A stretch of 64,000 bases of DNA, taken from assembly GCA_963664225.1 (NCBI GenBank), contig OY760937.1, positions 4,928,001-4,992,000 of the forward strand. The letters are read 5' to 3'. Below the pieces are notes generated by a model. The model had not been told where the DNA came from. It did not search any database and was given only the letters and a program-made list of their open reading frames with translations. The position numbers and the translations under genes are program-made. Each line of letters begins with the position of its first letter. Position 1 is the first letter of the stretch. Of the stretch, positions 39,266-49,400 are shown one piece after another. This DNA comes from Verrucomicrobiia bacterium. GTDB taxonomy: Bacteria > Verrucomicrobiota > Verrucomicrobiia > Limisphaerales > UBA1319.

Positions 39266-40429
39266 ATGTCGAATGTCATGGATCAACACCGGTGCATGTC
39301 CTTTGGGGTGTGCCGAATTCGTGAAACAATACTTGGATATTTATTCGTCCACACACTGGATGCAGTGTTGATTTGCACGGTGGAAGGCACGATTGTGGAT
39401 GCCAATCCTTCGGCCTGCGCGATGCTGGGGTGCGAACGGGACAAGATTCTCCGGATGCAGCCATGGGAAATCATTGCGGAAGCACCGAGAAATGAACTGC
39501 TGAGTCAGTGGCGGCAGCTCGATTACGGAGTGTCGGCTGAAAAAGAGCGGATTTATAGACGTAAGTCCGGGAATTTTGCGGTGGCCGAAAGGGTGATCAG
39601 GCTGTCTCCGCCGCAGCAGGAATTGATCCTCCTCTTTTGCAAAGAAAAACCGCCAGGCAAGGGGAATGGGATCAATCTGGTAAACTCAGCGCGCAATGAT
39701 TGCGGTGGACAGGAAGTCACCCTTCCATCCCGTTCCCCGGCGTTTGAAGTCATTCCAACAGATCCAAGATTGGGCAATCCGCAAGTCTCTCGCCACGAGG
39801 CGGCATCGGCAGCCAAAATACGCATTCTAATATCAGATCAACAAGCCCTTGTTCGTGAGGGTTTGGCGTCCATGATTGCGGGACAGGAGGACATGGTTGT
39901 TGTGGCAGAGGCCAGGAACGGTGATGAAACCGTGGAGTTGTGGAAACGTCATGCCCCTGACGTGACCCTGGTTGATTTGCACCTGCCGCAGTTGGACGGA
40001 ATGGGAGTGATCAAGGAAATTCACGCATATAATGCCTCCGCGCGAATCATTGTCCTGACGGCATTCGATGGTGCGGGCACGATTTATCGGACAATTCGAG
40101 CCGGCGCCAAGGCCTATATTCTCAAAGACACCTGCCGTGAAGAACTCATGTCCTGCATTCGTAACGTGCATAAGGGGGAAACCTTTGTTCCCCAAGCCAT
40201 CGCGGCCAAGTTGGCGGAGTACATGACCGCCGAGGAATTGACCAATAGAGAGGCTGAGGTGTTGTGTTCGATCGCTGCTGGCACGAGCAACAAGGAGATT
40301 GCGAGGAAGCTTTACATCAGCCAGACCACGGTCAAGACTCATGTGAGAAATATCTTCGGAAAGCTCCATGTGAAGAGCCGCACCGAAGCAGCCGCAGTGG
40401 CCACCCGCAGTGGCCTCCTCCAATCCTGA
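39266..40429 (+). CDS. PAS-REC-LuxR HTH regulator
   Basis: VDANPSAC PAS; receiver with degenerate ISDQQ acidic pocket; LTNREAEVL...TVKTHV HTH. Confidence 0.82.
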   Translation: MSNVMDQHRCMSFGVCRIRETILGYLFVHTLDAVLICTVEGTIVDANPSACAMLGCERDKILRMQPWEIIAEAPRNELLSQWRQLDYGVSAEKERIYRRKSGNFAVAERVIRLSPPQQELILLFCKEKPPGKGNGINLVNSARNDCGGQEVTLPSRSPAFEVIPTDPRLGNPQVSRHEAASAAKIRILISDQQALVREGLASMIAGQEDMVVVAEARNGDETVELWKRHAPDVTLVDLHLPQLDGMGVIKEIHAYNASARIIVLTAFDGAGTIYRTIRAGAKAYILKDTCREELMSCIRNVHKGETFVPQAIAAKLAEYMTAEELTNREAEVLCSIAAGTSNKEIARKLYISQTTVKTHVRNIFGKLHVKSRTEAAAVATRSGLLQS

Positions 40430-40749
40430 TTCCTCGCGCTGACCGCATGGTATCCATTTTCTCATCCAAAAGGATGACATTAGAGAGCCTCTTATGGAGT
40501 AAATTAATAAAAATACTCGCAAGATATTGATTTATTGTTTTTTTGGGCTATTATGTGGTCTGATAGCGCATATTAACAATACTCAATGGTCGATAATTCG
40601 ATATGCGAGCCTCATTTGATTGGGATCAGTCCATCCCGGGGGTTGGCGCCCATGGAATGCGCAGGGTTTCCCGTTGGGGAATCAAGTCATGCCAGCGTGG
40701 CGTAAGGCCTGTGGACCTTAAATAAATAAAACTGGTTCAGATACTCTGT

Positions 40750-42363
40750 ATGAAAGTAAAAATTCGTTCCGTCATTATTGGCTTGGCGCTCCTTGTTGGT
40801 GTTCAAAACACTTTTGCCCTAAGCTCGTTTAGAAGCCGCGTTCCCAATGGCAATCTCAATAGCTGCGACACCTGCCATGATTTGGCGGCTGGTCCGCCGG
40901 CATTGAATCCTTTTGGCACCGCCTTTCTTGGCGCAGGCACCTCATGGACTCCAGCCCTGGCTACCGTGGATTCAGATGGTGATGGTTTTACCAACGGTCA
41001 GGAATTGGGAGATCCGGCTGGAACATGGACTCCCGGAAGCCCCAATCCAACAGGAAACATTACTAATCCAGGAGATCCGACTTCGCACCCAACGGCCACC
41101 GCCCCTGCGATCACGACGGAACCGGCCAGCCAGACGGTGACTGTTGGAGCCAATGTGACCTTTACGGTTGCGGCTACCGGCACGGCACCGCTGGCGTATC
41201 AATGGCAAAAGAACACGGTGAATATTACCGGTGCCACCAATGACACACTTGCATTGAATGCGGTCACCGCCGGTGACGCGGGCAGTTACGTGGTGGTGGT
41301 GAGCAACGGGGCGGGATCGGTGCCCAGCACGGCCGCGACGCTGACGGTTAATCCCGCGGCGGTCGCCCCTGCGATCACGACGGAACCGGCCAGCCAGACG
41401 GTGACTGTTGGAGCCAATGTGACCTTTACGGTTGCGGCTACCGGCACGGCACCGCTGGCGTATCAATGGCAAAAGAACACGGTGAATATTACCGGTGCCA
41501 CCAATGACACACTTGCATTGAATGCGGTCACCGCCGGTGACGCGGGCAGTTACGTGGTGGTGGTGAGCAACGCGGCGGGATCGGTGCCCAGCACGGCCGC
41601 GACGCTGACGGTTAATCCCGCGGCGGTCGCCCCTGCGATCACGACGGAACCGGCCAGCCAGACGGTGACTGTTGGAGCCAATGTGACCTTTACGGTTGCG
41701 GCTACCGGCACGGCACCGCTGACGTATCAATGGCAAAAGAACACGGTGAATATTACCGGTGCCACCAATGACACACTTACATTGAATGCGGTCACCGCCG
41801 GTGACGCGGGCAGTTACGTGGTGGTGGTGAGCAACGCGGCGGGATCGGTGCCCAGCACGGCCGCGACGCTGACGGTTAATCCCGCGGCGGTCGCCCCTGC
41901 GATCACGACGGAACCGGCCAGCCAGACGGTGACTGTTGGAGCCAATGTGACCTTTACGGTTGCGGCTACCGGCACGGCACCGCTGACGTATCAATGGCAA
42001 AAGAACACGGTGAATATTACCGGTGCCACCAATGACACACTTACATTGAATGCGGTCACCGCCGGTGACGCGGGCAGTTACGTGGTGGTGGTGAGCAACG
42101 CGGTGGGATCGGTGCCCAGCACGGCCGCGACATTGACGATCAACGCAACCCCCATCACTCTTTTGGTCTCCCGGACCGATGTGAATACCACACTGATTTC
42201 CTGGGACGTTTCGTTGGCTGGGTTCGTGCTCCAAGAAAACTCAGATCTTAATACCACCAATTGGCTGGCTGTAACAAACACCGTTGTGGTGGCAAATGGC
42301 ACGAATCAGGTAAGCGTTACCCCCTTGATCAACAACCGGTTCTATCGGTTGTTTCATCCGTGA
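40750..42363 (+). CDS. Secreted CxxCH/temptin-like domain protein with 4 Ig repeats
   Basis: Signal peptide; VPNG...CDTCH...NPFG.AF...WT......DSDGDGFTNGQELGDP; four 88 aa Ig units. Confidence 0.85.
   Translation: MKVKIRSVIIGLALLVGVQNTFALSSFRSRVPNGNLNSCDTCHDLAAGPPALNPFGTAFLGAGTSWTPALATVDSDGDGFTNGQELGDPAGTWTPGSPNPTGNITNPGDPTSHPTATAPAITTEPASQTVTVGANVTFTVAATGTAPLAYQWQKNTVNITGATNDTLALNAVTAGDAGSYVVVVSNGAGSVPSTAATLTVNPAAVAPAITTEPASQTVTVGANVTFTVAATGTAPLAYQWQKNTVNITGATNDTLALNAVTAGDAGSYVVVVSNAAGSVPSTAATLTVNPAAVAPAITTEPASQTVTVGANVTFTVAATGTAPLTYQWQKNTVNITGATNDTLTLNAVTAGDAGSYVVVVSNAAGSVPSTAATLTVNPAAVAPAITTEPASQTVTVGANVTFTVAATGTAPLTYQWQKNTVNITGATNDTLTLNAVTAGDAGSYVVVVSNAVGSVPSTAATLTINATPITLLVSRTDVNTTLISWDVSLAGFVLQENSDLNTTNWLAVTNTVVVANGTNQVSVTPLINNRFYRLFHP
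41101..42143 (+). repeat. Four near-identical 264 bp Ig-domain units
   Basis: GCCCCTGCGATCACGACGGAACC at 41101, 41365, 41629 and 41893. Confidence 0.95.
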
Positions 42364-42932
42364 TGATGACGGTCCTGCTCGTAACACACAGAATTGAAGA
42401 CTGTTATCGGACTCAAATTCAGAATTGAAGAAGTAACTGGTACTTAAAACGGACGAAATGGGGCGCCCTTAAAAAAGGCGCTCCCGGTTGTTCATGCATT
42501 TAAAGTTGGCTCGCCAACTTTATTCGATCATGTCGGCTTGGTTCAATTGCGAGCAAACCAGTCAGACACCCACTGACAAAATAGAGTCATACTTTAATCA
42601 ATGCGTTCCAAAAATAAACGAAAGCTGAGACGAGGAGATACGTTGATCTCGTTCAGCCCATGTTGAAGGTTTGACGCAGAAAGCGAAGAATGCCTCACCG
42701 CCCTCCATTCGAGGAGGGCCGAGCATCCTTAAGTTTGGAAACAAACCGGTTGATTTCCCGTGAGAAATACAATAAGAAAACATAAACAACAAAAACAGAA
42801 AAACTAATGCGGCTGCAACCTTTAAAATTGTAACAGCATTTCAATACATAGACTGCCCATAAATGCCGGCGATCAATTACACAAGTGAAAGCTGGTGGTT
42901 TAAGAAACAATCAAAAAGATCGGAAAAGATAT

Positions 42933-45065
42933 ATGAAACTTAAATATCTATTATCGTTATTAGGTCTGTCATTCCTTCTGGCTGTGCCAGATGCCTCCGC
43001 CCTGAGCTCCTATCAGAGCCGTGTGCCCAATGGCACAGTGTCTAGTTGCGACACATGCCATAACCTGGTTTCAGGCCCCCCAAACCTGAATCCATTTGGG
43101 AGCGCCTTTCGTGACGCAGGCCTCCGGTGGACTCCCGCACTTGCCGTTTTGGATTCAGATGGCGACGGTTTCTCCAATGGCCGGGAACTAGGCGACCCGG
43201 CTGGTTCATGGACTGCTGGAACACCTAATCCCACGGGCACCATTACCAATCCTGGAGATCCCGCATCCCATCCAGCGACCGCAACGGCGCCTGCGATCAC
43301 AACGCAACCCGTCAGTCAAACGGTCACGGCTGGAGCCAATGTGACCTTTACGGTTGCGGCCACCGGCACGGCGCCCCTGACGTATCAATGGCAGAAGGAC
43401 ACGGTGAATATCACCGGGGCCACGAGCGCCTCATTGATGTTAACCGGTGTTATTGCCGGTGACGCGGGCAGTTATCGAGCCGTTGTCAGCAATGCGGCCG
43501 GAACAGCCACCAGCGATGCGGCCACCCTCACGGTGAATCCCGCGCCTGCCGCTCCTTCGATCACTATGCAACCTACAAGTCAGGCAGTCATGGCTGGAGC
43601 CGATGTGACCTTTACGGTTGCGGCTACCGGCACGGCGCCCCTGACGTATCAATGGCAGAAGAACACGGTGAATATCACCGGGGCTACGAGTGCCTCATTG
43701 ATGTTAACCAGTGTTACTGCCGGTGATGCGGGCAGTTATCGAGCCGTTGTCAGCAACACGGCCGGAACAGCCACCAGCGATGCGGCCACCCTCACCGTGA
43801 ATCCCGCGCCGGTCGCCCCTGCGATCACGACACAGCCCGCCAGCCAGACTGTAATGGTTGGAGCAAACGTTACCCTGAGCGTTGTCGCCACAGGAACAGC
43901 GCCTTTGAGTTATCAATGGCAGAAAGACACGGTCAACATTCCCGCAGCGACCAATGACACGCTGGTGTTAAACAGCGTGCTCGTCCTTGATGCGGGCAGT
44001 TATCGAGTCATTGTCACCAACATTGTCGGCTCCGCCACCAGTGACGAGGCAACGATTACGGTCAACACTGCGCCTGTGGCACCGGAGATCACGACGCAAC
44101 CCGCCAGTCAGGACGTGCCGGCTGGAGGCAATGCAACCTTCACGGTTGTTGCGACTGGAACAGCACCATTGGCCTACCAATGGCAGAAGGACACAGCCAA
44201 TATTACCGGGGCGACCAGCGCCACGCTCACATTGACTGGCGTTACCGCTGGCGATGCGGGCAGTTACCGCGTGGTGGTCACCAACAGTGTTGGCTCCGCC
44301 ACCAGTGAGGCGGCGATCCTTACAGTCAACACCGGGCCCGTGGCTCCCGTCATCACAACTCAACCGACCAGCCAGACCGTACTGGTTGGAGCCGACGTCT
44401 CGTTCAAGGTGGTTGCGACAGGCACCGCGCCGTTGAGTTATCAATGGCAGAAGGACACAGTCAACATTGCCGGGGCGACCGGCGATACTCTCGCGTTAAC
44501 AGGAGTTGTCTCCGGAGATGCGGGCAGTTATCGGGTCGTTGTCAGCAATGCAGCCGGCTCGGCCACGAGCGACGCGGCGACACTCACGGTCAATACGCAG
44601 CAGGAGAATGTTCCTCCTGCGGTACAGATCATTCAACCCAGGGAGGGCAGAAAATATTTCAGTGGCAGAGAAATACGTCTGCTCGCCCTCGCCAGCGATT
44701 CCGACGGGACTGTGACAGAAGTTGAGTTCTTCGATGGCGAGACAAGTCTGGGTGTTGCAAAATCATTAGGACGGCGCCACGAGGGTGAAGACGGGGAGAA
44801 TCATCCTGCTGCCACGTCAGACGACGATTCCAGCGAGAGAACTCAGTCGAGTCTCAATGGCGTCAGCGCCCTTTATTCGATCAAATGGGACAATGCATCG
44901 GTTGGCGATCATACGATTACAGCCAAAGCGACTGACAACTTGGGCGCAAGCACTGTTTCCGCCCCCGTAAAAATCACCGTAACTTCCAAGAAACCGCGTG
45001 GTTCAGACCACCGGGAAAGCGATACCGAAGTGACAGAATCCAGATTGGAAGAAATAAGCCGTTAG
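42933..45065 (+). CDS. Paralogous secreted CxxCH/temptin-like protein with 5 Ig domains and a Big_7-like domain
   Basis: CDTCH, NPFG and DSDGDGFSNGRELGDP motifs; ASDSDGTV..VEFF and ATDNLG. Confidence 0.85.
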   Translation: MKLKYLLSLLGLSFLLAVPDASALSSYQSRVPNGTVSSCDTCHNLVSGPPNLNPFGSAFRDAGLRWTPALAVLDSDGDGFSNGRELGDPAGSWTAGTPNPTGTITNPGDPASHPATATAPAITTQPVSQTVTAGANVTFTVAATGTAPLTYQWQKDTVNITGATSASLMLTGVIAGDAGSYRAVVSNAAGTATSDAATLTVNPAPAAPSITMQPTSQAVMAGADVTFTVAATGTAPLTYQWQKNTVNITGATSASLMLTSVTAGDAGSYRAVVSNTAGTATSDAATLTVNPAPVAPAITTQPASQTVMVGANVTLSVVATGTAPLSYQWQKDTVNIPAATNDTLVLNSVLVLDAGSYRVIVTNIVGSATSDEATITVNTAPVAPEITTQPASQDVPAGGNATFTVVATGTAPLAYQWQKDTANITGATSATLTLTGVTAGDAGSYRVVVTNSVGSATSEAAILTVNTGPVAPVITTQPTSQTVLVGADVSFKVVATGTAPLSYQWQKDTVNIAGATGDTLALTGVVSGDAGSYRVVVSNAAGSATSDAATLTVNTQQENVPPAVQIIQPREGRKYFSGREIRLLALASDSDGTVTEVEFFDGETSLGVAKSLGRRHEGEDGENHPAATSDDDSSERTQSSLNGVSALYSIKWDNASVGDHTITAKATDNLGASTVSAPVKITVTSKKPRGSDHRESDTEVTESRLEEISR

Positions 45066-45201
45066 TTGGACAAATAATAGCGCACCGACGTTTGAGTGCG
45101 CGAATACACCAATAACCCATGCGGAAATTCTAATGAGCTCTTGAAGTTATCACATTAAGTTCATGTGAAGAACGGCGCGAGTTGGAAACGCCGCATTAAC
45201 G

Positions 45202-45240
45202 AGCGAAGCCCAAGAATCAGTCTTGGGCTTCGCTGTTTTA
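45202..45240 (+). terminator. Rho-independent terminator
   Basis: AGCGAAGCCCAAGA-ATCAG-TCTTGGGCTTCGCT followed by GTTTTA. Confidence 0.7.
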
Positions 45241-45253
45241 AGTTTACTGGCAC

Positions 45254-45472
45254 ATGAGGCAACGAATGCAGCCGCTCTTTGAAAAGGATGGCAAAGGAAA
45301 GGAACGTCAATGGACCATGGAAAATGTGATTGAGAATTTGCGAGGCATTCGCAAACAGCAAGTCAGCGTGGGCGGCGTGCGCTTTGAGCAAATCTCACAG
45401 CCCACCGAACAACAGCAGGAAATCATGAATTTGCTCGGAATCAAGGTTTAGCCATTCTGTTGAAACTCAAGA
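45254..45472 (+). pseudogene. C-terminal remnant of an IS1634-like transposase
   Basis: W.MENVIENLRGIR...ISQPTEQQQEIMNLLGIKV is typical of IS4/IS1634 C-termini; putative end TGTTGAAACTCAAG. Confidence 0.55.
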
Positions 45473-45701
45473 AGGTTCATAGCCTTGATTCTATGGGGGT
45501 ATTCTTGTTTTCAACCGGTGTAAAGCGCGGTTAGCCCGTTTTTTGAATTAATTTACGGGAATCTGATGGCATTGCCAAATTTCCATTGGGATGGGAGTGA
45601 AAAATTTCATCAAGGATATATTGCATCCACGACGGAAAATATATACATCTATTGCCCGAAACGGCAAAAAGCTGAGCCTGCTTCGTTTTTGTAGTGGTTA
45701 T

Positions 45702-45776
<75 letters not shown>

Positions 45777-45894
45777 TTCCTTTCCCATCGTATTTCTTCA
45801 AAAACTTTCATTTTTGGGGTGGAAGTGTACCGCTCTTGGCCACCTGACCAAAATTGTTTGGTCAACCGGGTGAAAAGCATGGCATAATTGAGTC

Positions 45895-46290
45895 ATGTTC
45901 GTGACTTTGAATCCGATTCATTTGGATTTGCTGCACACTCTCTATGCAGGCGGGCTTCCGCCGTTGATGTGGGCGGCGGTGGATGACGCGCGGGCCTACC
46001 GGCGCACCATCAATGGAGTGACGCATACCGTGGTTCTTGCGTATATCACTGAGTATCATCCAATTGAAGCGTCGAAGGCATCGCCCCGTTCCAAAAAACA
46101 TTACCATAAAGAGGGGAAATCCAAGCTGGTCTGGGAGCCGCACTCGTTGACTTTTGTTTATCTGTGCAATCCGGCAACGCGTTATGTGAGAGGTTATCCC
46201 GGAATACGGACCGTAAAAGGGCTGCGTTTTGCAGCGCGGGCATTGAAAAATGCTGCCAAGGGGCAGAGTTTTGTCCGCGGTCAGGAATAG
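45895..46290 (+). CDS. Hypothetical protein
   Basis: 131 aa ORF filling the gap after the tRNA; no recognised motif. Confidence 0.45.
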   Translation: MFVTLNPIHLDLLHTLYAGGLPPLMWAAVDDARAYRRTINGVTHTVVLAYITEYHPIEASKASPRSKKHYHKEGKSKLVWEPHSLTFVYLCNPATRYVRGYPGIRTVKGLRFAARALKNAAKGQSFVRGQE

Positions 46291-46455
46291 CAGGAAAATT
46301 TGGTGATGGGGCGATTTAGCCTGTTGTTGGATGGAAACTGACGGGCTGCAAGATGTTAACGAGGGGTGGCCTTTGCCGTTTTTTCGCGGCGGAATGATTT
46401 CACGATTGACCATGGAACGCCATTTGCTCCATTAATGGCGCGAATCACTAGACCC

Positions 46456-49400
46456 ATGACCTTTCTTAAAAAATCGTTCCGCACCGAGTTTGCGGGGTTG
46501 GAAGTTTGTACCCGCTGGATGCTCATTTTGCTTTTGGTGGGCGTTGCATCTTCAAATGGAGCGGTCATTATCAACGAGATACATTACAATCCCGATGTTA
46601 AAACCGAGCCAGCGAAGTTTGTCGAGATATATAATACGGACACCAACGCGGTCGATCTATCGGCATGGTCCTTTACCAGCGGCATCAATTATACATTTCC
46701 GCAGGGTGCCACGCTGGGTGGCCTGCAATTTGCTCTCGTTGGATCAAACCCGGCTTTTTTGAAAACCAAGTATGGCGCGCAGGCGTATGGGCCGTTCACG
46801 GGCACGCTTTCGGCGCAGGGGGATAAGCTCGTTCTGAGGGATGCGGCGGGGACTATTCAGAACCAGGTCGCCTTCCAACTCGGTTTTCCGTGGCCTACGG
46901 TGGGTGATCCGCCGGGGTATTCGATCGAGCTGATTAATCCCAGCCTGGATAACACATTGGGCGGCAGTTGGAGGGCGTCGCACCGGGAGGCGGATACCAA
47001 TTCGACGGCGCAACCGCAGACGTTCATCACGGACCATTCGGAGTGGCGCTATCATAAGGGCACGAATGAGGCGTCGATTCCAACGGATGCGTGGCGCATG
47101 CCGGGTTTCGACGATGCAAGCTGGCCTGCGGGAACGACACCGATTGGTTATGATCCCATCGAGGTGATGGGGACGCCTTTGGACGACATGCGGGGCAATT
47201 ATGTGACGATTTTTGCCCGGAAAACCTTTGTAATTTCGAACCCGGCAGAGATCGGCGCCTTGCTGGCGGACGTCGAATATGATGACGGATTCAACCTGTG
47301 GATCAACGGTCGTCATGTTCAGCGGCAGGCTCTGGATCGGGATGAGATGGCCTACAATGAATTAGCCAATACCACCCGTGAAAACGCGGGTTTTGACACG
47401 TTCGCGCTGCCCATACCGCTGGATTATTTGCAGGCGGGCACAAACGTTATCGCCATCCAGGTGCATAACATATTGCTGTCCGCGAGTTCCGATGCCTTTT
47501 TCGATCTGCGATTGCGCACACAACCGGTGTCCGTGGTGGCAGTGAGCGGTCCGACGCCCGGCCGGATCAACAGCGTCTATTCGACCAACGCGCCCCCGCA
47601 GATTCGACAGGTCGATCATACGCCCAGGCAGCCGATGTCCAATCAAGAGGTGAAAATTACCGCCAAAATCACCGATCCGGATGGTGTTCGCAGCGTGAAA
47701 CTGGAGTATCAATTGGTTGATCCCGGTCAATATATTGCGATTAGCGACGTGGCATACCAGACCAACTGGGTGGAGCTGGCGATGCTCGATGACGGTGCGG
47801 CTGGGGATGCGGCGGCTGGAGACGATGTGTTTACCGCGGTGATGCCCGCGAGCCTGCAGACCAATCGCCGGTTGGTGCGTTATCGGATCACGGCTGTGGA
47901 TAACACAGGGCTATCCGTTACCGTGCCTTATGGGGACGATGCGCAGCCGAATTTCGCCTATTTTGTGTATGATGGCGTTCCCGCCTGGAGCGGCGCAGCC
48001 CGACCGGGCACCACTGTGGTTCAGCAGTTTGGGACCAACATCATGCGCAGCCTGCCCACCTATCATCTGATTTCGAAACAGACTGCGGTTGAGGGATCCA
48101 CATGGCGGGATCAGTATCAAGGAAACCTTTACCCGTATCAAGGAACGGTGGTCATCGACGGCGAGGTGCTGGATCATATCCGCTTCAGGGCCCGCGGAGG
48201 CGTGTGGCGGTATGCGATGGGCAAAAACATGTGGAAGTTCGATCTCAACCGGGGTCATGATTTCCTGCCGGTCGATAATTACGGTCAGGGGTATAACGCG
48301 CGCTGGAAGAAGATCAATCTCGGGTCTTGCATCCAACAGGGCGACTACGGCCATCGGGGCGAACAGGGGATGTTCGAGTCGATCGGTTTCAAATTGTTCA
48401 ACCTGGCGGGGATCGAAGCGCCGCGAACGCATTTTGTGCAGTTTCGGGTGATCGACAAGGCATTGGAAACGAATCCGGCGAACCAATATGACGGGGATTT
48501 CTGGGGGCTTTACATGGCGGTGGAGCAGGAGGACGGACGGTTCCTTGATGAGCACGGATTGCCGGATGGAAACTTCTACAAGATGGATGGGGGCTTCGGC
48601 ACGTTGAACAACCAGGGTCCCACAGCTGTGAGCGATCGCTCGGACCTTTCGAAATTCATGTCCACCTATCAAGGCTCGCCCTCAGAGTCATGGTGGCGGA
48701 CGAATTTCGATTTGGGCCGATATTACGACTACAGGACCATTGTTGAGGCGATTCATCATTACGATATCGATGAGGGCGCCGGGAAAAACTACATGTATTA
48801 TCTGAATCCGGTGACTGGATTGTGGTCGGAACATCCGTGGGATCTGGACCTCACATGGGCCGATAACATGTATGGGGGCGGGGGATCGCCTTTTAAGAAC
48901 CGGGTGCTTCCGCAGCCGGCATTTGCATTGGAATACCGCAATCGGATTCGGGAAATTCGCGATTTGCTGTTTAACTCCGAGCAGACGGGCCTCTTGATTG
49001 ATGAATACGCGGCTATTATCCACGACCCGAAAGGCGGTTTGTCCTTCACGGATGCGGACCGGGCGCAATGGGATTACAACCCAATCATGGCATCGGGCTA
49101 TGTCAATTCGAGCAAATCGGGTCAGGGGCGCTATTATCAATGGCCCTTTGAGCCCACTGTGACGAAGAGCTTCGTCGGCACGATCCAGCTCATGAAGAAC
49201 TATGTGAAAACACGTGGGGCCTTTCTGGATGCGCTGGCGGCGGATATGTACACCCCCAACACTCCCGTGGTCACGTATGCGGGGCCCACGAATTACCCGA
49301 TCAATCAGCTTGTTTTTCGCAGCAGCGCTTTCGAGAGGACCAACGGGACGTTTGCCGGCATGAAGTGGCGTCTGGCCGAGGTAAGCCCGGCGAATGCGCC

